From Podospora anserina (lineage: Eukaryota): DNA of 64,000 bases. Shown one piece after another: positions 1 through 13,733 of this stretch (position 1 is its first letter; every line of letters starts with the position of its first letter). The DNA lies in assembly GCA_017654855.1 (NCBI GenBank), contig CM030337.1, positions 1-64,000 on the forward strand. Direction: 5' to 3'. The notes under the pieces were generated by a model. That model was given only the letters and a program-made list of their open reading frames with translations, was not told where the DNA came from and made no database searches. The position numbers and the translations under genes are program-made.

Positions 1-480
1 CCTAACGTATTTTTTATATATATATATCGGTTAGTACTTTTTCCATATATATATACGGGTTACTATTCCTTCTTATATTTATATCACAATTAGTTTTAAC
101 GTATTCTTATATATATATAGCGGTTAATACTTTTTTTTTATATATATATAGCGGTTAGTACTCTTATTACTATATATATAGCGGTTAATACTTTTCCTTA
201 CGTATATATAGCGCTTAATACTTTTTTCTATATATATATACCGGTTAATATTCCTTTCTATATTTATATAGCGGTTAGCACCTTATTTACTATATATATA
301 GCGGTTAATACTTTTTTTTTACGTATATATAGCGGGTTTAATATATTTATACTTATATATAGTTATTAGCTTTTATATAGTTTTATATATACGTATAGTA
401 ATTCGTGTTCCCTCTTACTAATATATAGTAGTTAGTCTTTATATATCCTTATATATATATATAGCGGTTCGGGTACTTTC
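1..480. repeat. Terminal ~30-bp AT-rich tandem repeat; window opens with CCTAAC, possibly a telomere junction
   Basis: GCGGTTA(A/G)TACTT...TATATATATA recurs at ~120,151,181,211,241,271,301,331. The first 6 nt match part of (CCCTAA)n, but no full telomeric tract is visible. Confidence 0.7.
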
Positions 481-1289
481 CTACTTATATATAATAATTA
501 TATATTCTTTAAATTTTTATATTATAATATATAATTTTTTCGTTTATATATATTAATTATTAATATTTATATATATATATATATATTAATCTAACTTTTA
601 TTTATTTAATTTATAAAGAATAATAAATTTTATATTTTAAATTTATTTAATTAATAATTTTTTTTTTTATATATTATACCCTTATTTAATTACTTCTTTC
701 TTTCTTTTCTTTTATTAATTATTTAATTTCTTTATACTATTTAAAAATATTAATAAAAAGTCTCTTTATATTTATTAATTTCTTTTTTATTATAAAATAT
801 TATTATTTTTTTCGTAAAATAGTATATTTAAAGTTTTATAAATATATTTATATAAAGTTCGGCTATATTTTTAAAAGTATAAATAATAATATAAACTTTT
901 TAAAGAATTCGGGGGTTTATAGGTTATATATATAAATAGTTTATTTTTAATATTTTATTTTAAATACGATATCGACTTTTCTTTTTTTATATTTTATATA
1001 TTATACGTATATAGGCTATTCTAGCCCTCTAATCAGGCCGTTCCGGTACTTATTATATAGCTTGCGAGCCTATAATATCTTTTCTTTTTCCTACGTATAA
1101 TATAGTTTACTAGCAAACTCTTATTATATATATATCTTTATAATATTATAATTAATTTTATATATTCTTTTACTATTATAATATAATATTTTTCTTTATT
1201 TTTATTTTTATTTATAAAATATATATATATATATATTTTTTTAAATAAAAAAACTATAATATTACTCTATTAACTTTAAATATCTCGTA

Positions 1290-4200
1290 CAAATTTCCTT
1301 CCACACTTTAACCTAAATTAATACCATTACAGAACATTTAATATCCGATACTTTTACCCGTACGAATAACCGACGTACTACCCCTATCTCGTTATCTAAT
1401 ATAACCCCGTATTTCTAATAAAGTATTTTAATATCCTCTTTAAACTAACCTAAACCCCTTTTTTTAATTACAATTAACCCTATTATTAATTTTATCCCGT
1501 ACGAACAATCCTTCCTAAACTTATAAAACGAACCTTCGTCTTCCCTTAACGGTTCCCACCGCCTATAAAACCTTCTTAGAACCCTATACTTATTACACCC
1601 CTAAAAACCTCTATTTAACTTTCGTACGGTACTTAAATTTAAACCCTTAACCTTTAAAAGCTAATCGCTTAACTTTACGTTTTTTTTCTAAACCTATTTA
1701 TCTTTAAATAAACCTTTTAATATATATAGCTTTTCTAATCCACTAAGAAGTTTAATTAGTTATAAAGTATTTTATACGATACCGTAAAATCCGTAGGCCG
1801 TCGATTATTAAAATTCGTACCGTATATATTCCTCCCTAAACTCGGTATACTTTAAAAAGCAAACTATATAATTTACCCGTAACTATAAAAACGCTTTAAT
1901 TATAACCTCCACGTCTCGTATAATATCTTTCCTCCTTTCCCGCTTTTTTATAATAACCTAATATTACTTTTCTTTATTAATAACTATATTAAAAACCTAC
2001 TTATCTATAGCCTCCGGGATTACCGTATAATAAAACCCATAAGCCTCCTCCTCTATTCGGAATAACTCTATACGAGCTACACTAAAAAACCGCTCTTCAT
2101 ATAACCCACATAACTCCTCACCCTCCTCACACCCGGCCCTATCTATCCGCCCGTCTATTACCCGGGAAAGAATAATCCTATAATATAGGTTACTATTCCG
2201 TACGAAATATTCTATCTTTAATAATATTAAATCCATAACTCCGGTAATTAACCTTCCGGCTATACGATTCTTTATAAAAAAAATTATTAATTCAGTCTTT
2301 ACTCCGTCTCTCCCGGCTCGTCCGCTTTTCTAAATAAAGTCCCTTAATATCTTTAAAAGCCTAGTATAAAAAATATATCGTACGTTTAGAATATCGATAC
2401 TAGTACCTAAGGTAAACGTTATTATAATAACACTATTACTTTTAATTTACTTTCGTACGATCTTACTCTTTTAAATATTTTTTTCTATACTACTATAGTA
2501 TACCGGATATTTAAGTAAGTATAAGATAGCTTTAGTAAAATCGATTAAAAGAAAATAAATAATAACCCTCGTACGAAGATTACGGTTATTAATAAAGTTA
2601 ATTTACTAGTAGAGGGCTTAAAGGATAGCCTCTTAATCTCTATATTTAACTATAAAGTACTTAATATTCGACCGGAATATAATAAATCGTACGATAATTA
2701 CTTTTTATAAATTAAAATATAAACTTTTATAAAACCCTAGTAAGTCCCGAGGTAGGAGGGTAGCTATTAAGAAAAGTAATTATATCCCGATTAAAACTAT
2801 ATATTAACCGATTTACTAAAAAAATAATTAAAATTCGTACGACGAGTCTAAAATAGTATAATATTCGTTAAAAATAATCCGGTTAAACTATTATCGTATA
2901 TTAAACTTATTAACGAAAGTCTTAAACGTTTTAATATTAAAAGCCTCCGGGATTATAAAAATAATTTAATTAATCGAAACCTTTTTAAAGCTTTAAATTA
3001 TATAACTAATCCCTAATTCTTTATAACGCCGGACTATATCCTTTTATAATATTATAAAAGGAAAAATAATAATAATAACTTCGTCCTTTATATAATAAGT
3101 TAAAAATAAAAAAATAATACTTTTTCTACTACCTATCCCGGTAATATAAAGGATTAAGTTAAACCCTCGTACAATAGAAATTAATACTTCGCGCTAATTA
3201 CCCTTAAAACCAATATTAAAGTTATTAAGCATCTAACGGAAATAGCCCTTAATATTAAGGCTAGCTAAGTACCGGAGTCGTCCCTACTATATAATATAAC
3301 GCTAGTTCTAAAAGAGGTTAGTTTTAATTTACTAAAGGGTTAAAGTATTGTCCGAGCCGAAAGTAAATAATTAATACTATAACTAATTAAGCTTTATAAA
3401 CTACTATTATCGTACGGTATACCTTAACCTTCTTTAATTAATATACTTAGTATATACTATTTTAATAATCCTTTCCGAGTAACCGGTTTAAACCGTAATA
3501 ATAAGATTAAAGCCTTTATTTTCGTTATCTTTATTGTAATTAAAATTAAACCCGTTATAATTATCGGACGACGGTACTATTTTATTTTTTAATAAACTTT
3601 TTAAAATAAAATAAGTAAGAAATTAGCGGGTAATACTTACGGTAATATAATATTAAGGCCGAATATTAATTTTAAATCCAAGGTAGCGCTCTATATATAA
3701 TACAAAGGCCCGGCTAACTTTATCGGACGATTATTAATTTTCTAGGTTATTAGAAGATATATTTTGGCCGGTACCCCTAAATTTAATATCTTTAAATAAT
3801 TATATAAATTTAGAATCCTAGAAGAATAAAGTAGAAGTAAAAGCTCCGTTAAACTAATATTATAAATTAAAGTAAAAGGGGTGGATAAACTAAAAGTATT
3901 ATATAACGCTTATATTTAATTTCCTTAAAAGATAACGATAAATAACTTTTAATTATCCGGTATAGCTTAACCCTTTATTATACTATAGTACGATTATAAT
4001 TATACTATATTAAATAAATATATTTCTAAGCCCTCTAACCAGTATATTATAGAATTTTATATTTAAAAGCTTTATCGTACGAAGCGGTAACCCTATTAAT
4101 AAATAGACGGCGATAAAAAGGAAGGATCGGAACTTATTTACCCGGTCTAGGTACGACTAGGCTTCGGTTATATAATAAATATAATTATCGCTTTATTCTT

Positions 4201-5900
4201 TTAATTAAAGTTAAATAAGGAAAGGATTTTCGGTAATTTGTCGTACGATTTAATTTTAAGGCCGCTGGAAATATATATTACTAAGATTAGAAAGAAAGGA
4301 ATACCTAATTTTATCCTAACTTATATTATCCTTTAAATTATTTTAAAGAATTTCCGGAATAAAAATGCCCGATATTAATAAAAAAGTTAAGTCCTAGACC
4401 GTATAATTAATTTTATTAATTAAAATATATATTATTTCGGTTAGGGCGTTAATAATAATAAAGATATTTTAGTATATAATAATAGTACTATTAAACGTAA
4501 GCTTATTTTCGGATACCGTAAAATTATTAATAGTTATACTATACGTATAAGCCTCTAAAACCTAGTCTATCGGTGTAAGGTAATTACTTTAATAAACCTT
4601 AGTTATAAACCTCGAGACTTTAGAGCGGACGATATTAAAGAAATTAAGCTTTTTACTTATTTTTTTTAACCGGGTAAATTCGTAAAATAAATATCGTACG
4701 ATAAAGGCCTTACCGAGGGTAATAATAATAAAGAGGAATAATATAAAGTTAGACGGGGTATATTACTTTCTATTATCCTTTAAGGCTATAGTAATTAGGG
4801 TAGAAAGGAGGGCACTTTTATATAACGACTATAAGAAAGAATAATCTAAAAGTCTAATAAAAAAATCGATAAGTACCTAATCTAATAACTTTCCTCCGGC
4901 CTTATTACTACCGTAATAAAACTCCTATACTATTTATATAATAATCTCTAAACTTTTTATTTAATTAGCGTTTAAATTATACGGTAACCGATTTTATTAA
5001 TCTTAACTCTATATATAGTAAATATATTTAAAAATCCTTTTCTAAATAAAAAAATATTTTTATATTATATAAAAGACTAAACTACTATTATTAAAAAGCT
5101 TAAAGGATTTTTAATTAATCGTTTTTTTATTAACCTCGAATAGAACCGGGTAATTAACTTTATTAGACGACGACCTTATTATTATATTAATAGTAATTTA
5201 ATTAATCCTTTCCTAGATTTTATAAAAAACCGTAAAAGTAATTAGATTCTTACCGTTTAATTATCCTTCGTTTAGGTTAAGAGAGGTCGAACGATATACG
5301 GTTTACCGGTTTAAAGACCTAAAGTAATATACTTAACCTATCCTATTTAACTAGGGATTTAGAGCTAATCGTCCCTTACTTACTATAATAATTATTAATA
5401 TTTATTAGAGGGTTAAGTTAATTATATAATAAAATACTATAAATTATTTTTTTCGTCTTTAAGTTTATTATATAAAATTAAAACTCCTAGCTACCGGTTC
5501 CGTTAATCGTACCTTAAAATATTTAGTAACTAACCGGCTTTTAAAAAACCGTTAGTAATATATTTTAATTATTTAAGGTCCTTAATATTATTAGGCTACC
5601 TTAATATTTCCCCCTTTTATATTAGGGTTAACTTAATTATACTTCGTACGGTAATACTCTTGTATTGTTCTTTTAGTCCGTACGATATAAGCGTAAGTAT
5701 TATACTTTAATTTATTAAAAAAAAGCTTCCTTAATTCTAGAATTAAGTTAATTACCGTAGAAGGAAGTATAAAATTTATTAAGTTTTATTATTTTCGAAA
5801 AACCGTTAATAAATTATTATACTTTCGTACGATATTTAATCTATCTATAATTATAATATTTTTATAGGACGTACGAAGATAGGTAGGTACCTTATTTATA
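1290..5900 (-). pseudogene. RIP-inactivated telomere-linked RecQ-type helicase (TLH-like)
   Basis: Minus-strand translation retains SF2/RecQ motifs in order: Walker A 'YITGIGSRKS' (~3120-3150, for GxGSGKS), 'RIIFNEYY' (~2860-2880, for DECH), 'LFLIATLLP' (~2750-2775, for LTATLPP), 'TFTLGTSIDI' (~2395-2420), '*KSGRAGRDG' (~2300-2335, for QESGRAGRDG), then the 'SRVIDGRIDRAGCEEGEELC' Zn-binding-like segment (ORF 1997-2236). Many TAA/TAG stops fit RIP. Ends are approximate. Confidence 0.9.
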
Positions 5901-6094
5901 AGAACAGCTACTTTATATTTCCTATAAATAAGAATTTAAAAGCGGGAGATATAAATAAAAGGGTTTATTCTAGTATAGTATTAATAGTAATATAATAGTT
6001 ATGTACGATACGAGATATTATTAAATTAAAGTTTATTAATAAGTTTTTTTGGAAAAGGATACCCTATTAAAGGTAGAGTGGGTCACGTGTAAGT

Positions 6095-6995
6095 AGATAA
6101 GGGCAGTGGCGTGCGGTTACCGGGGTCTGGGTCCCGTACGATAGTTAGGGCATGCCTAGGCAGGAAGGCAGTAGGGTACGGTTGCCAGTCCCATACGATA
6201 GTTAGGGCGTGCCTGGGCAGGAAGGCAGTGGCGTGCGGTTGCCGGGGTCTGGGTCTGCAAAAGCAGACCTTTTCCTCCAAAGCAGGCCTTTTCTTCCAAA
6301 TCCCTCGACAGGCCAGCTGTGTAATAGAGCCTTGTTATTCCGATCCAGGCGTCTAGGTCCCGTACGGTAGGTAAGGCTCGCCTAGGCACGAAGGCAGTAG
6401 CGTACGGCTGCGAGGATCTGGGACTATTTCTTCCAACTACCTCGACTGCCCAGCTATACAACAGAGCTTTATTATTCCGATCCAGGCGTCTGGGTCCCGT
6501 ACGGTAGGCAAGGCTCGCCTGGGCGCGAAGGCAGTAGCGTGCGGCTGCGAGGATCTAGGACCATTTCTTCTAACTACCTCGACTGCCCAGCTATGTAACA
6601 GAGCCTTATTATTCCGATTAAGGCGTCTGGGTACCGTACGATGGTCAGGGCATGCCTGGGCAGGAAGGTAGTGGGGTGCAGTTGCCGGATCTGGGTCTTT
6701 AAAAGCGGACCTTTTCTTCTAAATCCCTTAATAAGCCAGCTTTACAATAAAGCGTTATTATTCCGATCAAAGCGTCTGGGTACCGTACGATGGTCAGGGC
6801 ATACCTCGGCAAGAAGGCAGTAGCGTATAGTTACTAGTCCCGTACGATGGTCAGGGCATGCCTCGGCAGGAAGGCAGTAGCGTGCGGTTGCCGGAGTCTG
6901 GGTCTATAAAGCAGGCCTTTTCTTCCAAATCCCTCGACAGGCCAGCTATGCAATATAGCCTTATTATTCCGATCAAGCCGTCTGGGTGCCGTACA
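6095..6995. repeat. GC-rich compound tandem repeat upstream of the helicase (helicase-associated repeat type)
   Basis: Core GGTCCCGTACGATGGTCAGGGCATGCCTGGGCAGGAAGGCAGTAGCGTGCGGTTGC recurs about 8 times (CCGTACG-like cores at ~6134,6192,6360,6497,6634,6784,6840,6989). Spacings are ~56-58 and ~137-168 bp. Confidence 0.9.
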
Positions 6996-7865
6996 ATAAA
7001 GTTTAATTAAAAGATATAGATATTTAGTTCCCGGACGGTTACATAGTAGGCCTATCGTATAATAGAACAATATAAACATCGTACAATAAAATATTATATA
7101 ATAGTAAGAAAGTATTATATAATTTTTATACGGGGTTTATAGATTTATCGTTTATTAGTATTATCGCCTAAGAGGTAATATAAAGATTTTAAAGTATAAT
7201 AATTAAGCGGTATATACGGTTTTAAAGTTTCTAGAGGTATAGGTTTAATTTTAATTAAAACCCTTTTCTAATAAACTTTTAATCGTATAAATTAATTAAC
7301 TTTTAAATAAATATTTAAAATAATTTTTATCCTTACTACCTATAGCTCGTACGAAGTTATTAATACTAGCTAGCCTTATATTAAAAACCTAATAAATAGT
7401 TTCTATATTAATATTAATATATATCTTTTCCGTACGATAATACTTAAACTAATAAATATATAGGAGACATAATAAGTAATTTCGGCTCTACTATCGACTA
7501 ATATTAAATATATCCCCGGTAAAGTAAAGGGGGTTAAGGTATTAGTTCGTTCGAGCTACTTAAATATAGTTTTAATCTAAAGCCGTAGTTTAATAACTAC
7601 CTCTCCCTATATTACCTATACTAATAAGCCTAATAAAGGGCCGTTTAAGGATTATTATACGATAGATAGGTATTAAAGTAATACTTATAGTAATTATAAG
7701 TAAAGGGATTACGGTAGTAAATATAACTTCTATACTATTAAATAAAGCGGTACTAAAACCGAGGAAAAGAGTAAGGGAAATAAAGGAGCGGCGGAAGAAA
7801 GCTAGAAGCCTATAGTTATTAGTAATTCCGATAATTAAATAAATCGTACGATAATAAAAGTCGAT

Positions 7866-10631
7866 TAATTTTATATTTTTTATTTATAATTTTATACCGC
7901 TCGTATAATAATATACTTTATATTATTTTATATAGCTCGTTTAGGTAATTCTAATAGTATCTTTACTTTTTATATTAATAAGAGAAATCCTATCGGATCG
8001 TATAATTTACTTTTTTATTACTTAACCTCACTTTACTATCTACGTATATTACTAATATACTTATATTTAACTTTATATTTACCATTTACAATTCTATACC
8101 GCTCGTATAATAATATACCCTATACTATTCTATATAGCTCGTTTAAACAATTTTAATAGTATCTTTACTTTTTATATTAATAAGAGAAATCTTATCGGAT
8201 CGTATAACTTACCCTTCTATTACTTAACCTTACTTTATTATTTACGTATATTATTAATATATTTATATTTAACTTTATATCTTTTATTTATAATTTTATA
8301 CCGCTCGTATAATAATATACTTTATATTATTCTATATAGCTCGTTTAATTATTTCTAATAGTATTTTTACTTTTTATTTTAATAAAAGAAATCCCATCGG
8401 ATTATATAACTTACTTTTTTATTACTTAACCTCACTTTACTATTTACGTATATTACTAATATATTTATACTTAACTTTATATTTACTATTTACAATTCTA
8501 TACCGCTTATATAATAATATACCCTATACTATTCTATATAACTCGTTTAGGTAATTCTAATAATATTTTTGCTTTTTATATTAATAGGAAAAATCCTATC
8601 GGATCGTATAACTTACTTTTCTATTACCTAACCTCACTTTACTATTTACGTATATTACTAATATATTTATACTTAACTTTATATTTACTATTTACAATTC
8701 CACACCGCTCGTACAATAATATACTTTATACTATTCTATATAGCTCGTTTAAGTAATTCTAATAGTATCTTTACTTTTTATTTTAATAGGAGAAATCCTA
8801 TCGGATCGTATAACTTACCTTTCTATCACCCAACCTCACTTTACTATCTATATATATTACTAGTATACTTATACCTAACTTTATATCTACCATTTATAAT
8901 TCTACACCGCTCGTATAATAATATACCCTATACCATTCTATACAGCTCGTTTAGGCAATTCTAATAGTATCTTTACTTTTTATATTAATAGGAAAAATCC
9001 TATCGGATCGTATAACTTACCCTTCTATTACCTAACCTCACTTTACTATCCACGTATATTACTAATATATTTATACCTAACTTTATATTTTTTACTTATA
9101 ATTCTATACTACTCGTACGATAATACACTTTATACTATTCTATATAACTCGTTTAATTATTTTTAATAATATCTTTACTTTTTATTTTAATAGGAGAAAT
9201 CCTATCGGATCGTATAACTTACTTTTTTATTACCTAACCTCACTTTACTATCTACGTACATTACTAATATACTTATACCTAACTTTATATCTTTTATTTA
9301 TAATTCTATACCGCTCGTATAATAATATACTTTATACTATTCTATATAGCTCGTTTAATTATTTCTAATAATATTTTTGCTTTTTATTTTAATAAAAGAA
9401 ATCCTATCGGATCGTATAACTTACCTTTCTATTACCTAACTTTACTTTATTATCTACGTACATTACTAATATACTTATACCTAACTTTATATCTTTTACT
9501 TATAATTCCACATCGCTCGTATAATAATATACTTTATACTATTCTATACAACTCGTTTAAGCAATTCTAATACTATCTTTACTTTTTATTTTAACGGGAG
9601 AAATCCCATCGGATTATATAACTTACCTTTCCATTACCTAACCTTACTTTACTATTTACGTACATTATTAATATACTTATACCTAACTTTATATCTTTTA
9701 TTTATAATTCTATACCGCTCGTATAATAATATACCTTATACTATTCTATACAGTTCGTTTAAGTAATTTTAATACTATCTTTACTTTTTATTTTAACGGG
9801 AGAAATCCTATCGGATCGTATAACTTACCCTTCTATCACCCAACCTTACTTTACTATCCACGTACATTACTAGCATATTTATACCTAACTTTACATCTTT
9901 TATTTATAATTCTATACCGCTTATACAATAATATACTTTATACTATTCTATGCAGCTCGTTCAGGCAATTCTAATACTATTTTTGCTTTTTATTTTGACG
10001 GGAGAAATCCCATCGGATCGTACAACTTACCTTTCTATTACCTAACCTCACTTTACTATCCACGTACATTACTAACATACTTATACCTAACTTTATATTT
10101 TTTACTTATAATTCCACACCGCTCGTACGATAATATACTTTATACTATTCTATACAGCTCGTCTAGGCGATTCTAATACTATCTTTACTTTTTATTTTAA
10201 CAGGAGAAATCCTATCGGATCGTATAACTTACCTTTCTATTACCTAACCTTACTTTACTATCTACGTACATTACTAGTATACTTATACCTAACTTTATAT
10301 CTTTTGCTTATAATTCCATACCGCTCGTACGATAATATACCTTATACTATTCTGTGCAGCTCGTCTAAGCGATTTTAATGTTATCTTTGCTTTTTATTTT
10401 AACGGGAGAAATCCTATCGGATTATACAACTTACCTTTCTATTACCCAACCTCACTTTACTATTTACGGGCATTACTAGTATACTTATACCTAACTTTAT
10501 ATCTTTTGCTTATAATTCTACACCGCTCGTACGATAATGTACCTTATACTATTCTATGTAGCTCGTCCAGGCGATTCTAATGCTATTTTTGCTTTTTATT
10601 TTGACGGGAGAAATCCTATCGGATCGTACAA
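7866..10631. repeat. Tandem array of ~14 copies of a 202-bp unit
   Basis: Anchor CCGCTCGTA at 7897,8099,8301,8503,8705,8907,9109,9311,9513,9715,9917,10119,10321,10523, an exact 202-bp period. Copies differ mostly by transitions. Confidence 0.97.
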
Positions 10632-13600
10632 CTGAATTCTTTAACGGATCCTACCCCCTGTTTCTAAAGTGGGGCCTTTTTTTTGGTGCGCTTTTCAACG
10701 GATTGTACTACAATCTATCGGAGAATAACTGATAGGGTAAGGTACTTAATCTTTAAAATACTAAACGCGAGTCCTTACTATCCTAGATTTACTGCTTCCC
10801 GGTATAGAAAAATTACCGTAAATATTTACCTTTAAATATTATAATACTACCTTCCTATTTACTATAATATTAACCGCTATATACTAGTCGAGCACCTCCG
10901 CCGCCTAAATAGAGGTAGTAGCAGAAAGTATAATAGTCGCTTTATTTTCCTTATAGATTTTTCTTTCTACGTTATATTTATTTTCGATTATATCGTTAAT
11001 CTAATCGCTTTAAATAATAAAATTTATAGATTTTAAACGGCGTTCGGATCTTCCTTAGTTAATAAAGGTTATTTTTATAAATTCGGAAAACTTTATTTAA
11101 AAATAATTAATAACCCTAACTTTTATTATCTTTTTTTTAATCGGTACTTAAGAAAGTAATTTAAAATAATTAAAAATAATTTTTTTTTAACTTGCCTATA
11201 CCTTTAAAAATAACTTTAGCGTAAAAGTTATTTAATTCCCTATAAATATTTTCGTTTTATTGGGAATCGTAGATTTTAAAAAAGCGTTTAAAACGAATAA
11301 TTAAAACGGGTTAAATATTAATAAGTATAAACAATTTTATATATTTATTAATCTATTTTCTTATATTAAAATTATATTAAAATTTAAATTTATAAACGTA
11401 TAAAGTAAATTCTATAACTTAATACTTTTTATTAATATTTTCGAAATACTTTAAATATTCCGTAAAGTATTTTCCTTTAAAATTACTTTTAAAACCGACT
11501 TTTTTCGGATTAAGGAATTTACGTTAAAGGAAATATATAAATACTATGGAATAAAGGGTTAATTAATTAAATATAAGGGACCCCTAAAAGTAGCGATAGT
11601 TAGGGTAAATTCCTATAGGGTAAAGGTATTTGGGTTATTAAAATTAATATACGAATTTAGGAAAAGGAGCGGGATATTTAATATATCGAGTAGAAAGCGT
11701 AATATAATTCTAAATAATAGGATTTAAGTAGGTGCGAGGTTTATTTAGTATATTAAAAGCGTTAAGCTTTATAATCGGGTTACTTTAATTAAAAAGGGGG
11801 CGAAAGGTATTAATATCTTTAAAGTAAGTACGGTTTATAATCGGGGAAAGAATAAATAATAATAATTCCGGGGACCTAGCCGCCGAAATAGTTACCTTTA
11901 CTATAAAACGAGCCGTAGGAGCTTAATACCCTTAGTTATTACCGGGAAGGTTAACCGAAGTAATAAATAAAATATTATTAAATATATCGATATTTAATAA
12001 TTATTATTATATTTACGTTAATAATATAGTTTTTTCTTTATATATATTATTAAAAATATAAAAACGATTATCCTTTATAACTTTAATATATAGATATAAG
12101 TTACGTTTACCTAAATTAAAGGGAAAGTATCTTTATTTCCTTACTTTTAGGTTCCCGATATCCTAAATTAAATTAATCTGGAAATCCCTATAATTATTTA
12201 TTATCGTTAAATAATATATTAAAAAAATTCTTTTTAATTAAAAATAGGAAAAGACTTTAATAATTAACGCCGAAATAAAGTTTACTAATAAATTAATCTT
12301 AATTAATATTTTTAATTTACTTCCCGGTTTTATCTAGACTATATACTTAACTCTTTACTTGCGGGTAAAAAGTTTAAAGTTTAATCGATAATAAAAAAAC
12401 TTTATCCGATTAAATAAAAAAAAATTATTTTTATTAAACTTTACGGGGTTTAATAAAGTTATTAATATTTATTATTATTTATAATTTTATATTTCCTTTA
12501 GTACCTAGGGCTTATAAGTTTAGTTTAGACCCTAAGCTTTACTTAACCCGGGCACGACCTCTATTTAAAATAGTAAAAAAATATATAAAACAACTATAAT
12601 ACCGCAAATATACCCTCAATAGGTCTTAGAATAAACATACCTACGTAACAGTAACTCGCTCGCAGGCCGCACTTTACGTAGGACAAAGAAAAAACACTAT
12701 AAACTCGCAAGCCATATAATAAGTACCGGATTAGCCTAATTAGAGGGCTAGAATTGCCTATACGCGTGCAAAGCGTAAAATATAAAGAAAAAATAAAAGT
12801 CAATAATCTCTTTAAATTAAAATGTCCGAAGTAGACCGCTTATATATATGACCCCTGAACCCCTAAGTCCTCCGAGAGCCCCGCTTCTTTATTTATACTT
12901 TTAGGCCTATAGCCGCACTCTAAACTAATATAGACCTATTTATTACTATTATTACTAATAATAATGTCGATTATTATTCGTCGTTTACCGAAGGTTAATA
13001 ATAATCGTAATTATTACTTTTAGCGCTAGTAATAATTTAATTTCCTTACTTTTTTGTTCCTAGTGGTTAGATAGGTCGCGCCCCGCGCTCCTTACTTATG
13101 TTAGGTCCGTAACACTTAGGCCTTTAAGTACCTCCGTACTTAAATCTATTTATTATTTCCTAAATCCTCTGGATTTAGCTTTTAAACTTTAGATCCTTGG
13201 ATCTAGCTTTTAAACTTTAGATCTTTAGATTTAGCTCTAAATCCCTAGATCCACGGATCTATTTTCCAATCCCTAGATCCTTTAGCCCGTATTATTCCCT
13301 GCTCCACAGGCCCTACTTATCCGTCTCCCGTTCTTACTAGTCTGGGCGACCCCGCTTTTTCTAAACCGTAATAAAACGTCGTTAAAATAATATAGTATTA
13401 TTTTGTCGAAATACTTCCGGATTATATAATTAACGAAAGATTAAATATTATAGGTATATTAATTAACTTAAATAATATTATAAAATACTCGAAATAATTA
13501 TAAAGTAAACTAAACGTTATTTTTTATTTGTTTCTTTCTTTAATCTATATATAACTATACCTAATAAATATATTTAAATATATAAAATATTACGCCTAAA

Positions 13601-13700
13601 GGAATAGCCTATCTAATAATAGTGTATCTAATGTATCTCTTAAATAATACTTTAGTGATTTATCTTTATTATTATTATTCTAAACACTAAAATATGTCTA
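10632..13700. mobile_element. RIP-degraded repeat/transposon relics, including a probable solo-LTR-like fragment and a ~28-bp tandem repeat at ~13160-13280
   Basis: Very AT- and TpA-rich with no long ORFs. LTR-end-like CCGTAACA at ~13107-13114. TTTTAAACTTTAGATCCTTGGATCTAGC-like unit occurs about 4 times. Family not identifiable by eye. Confidence 0.5.
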
Positions 13701-13733
13701 TGTAAAAATAAGGCGAGAAAATAAAAAGAATTA

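Noticed and set aside
6095-10631. Repeat arrays as CRISPR-like loci
   Set aside because: No unique spacers, eukaryotic context and no cas genes. Units are contiguous tandem copies.
10700-12550. Possible RIPed transposase ORF
   Set aside because: Spot translations gave no recognisable DDE, RT or gag motifs; left unassigned.
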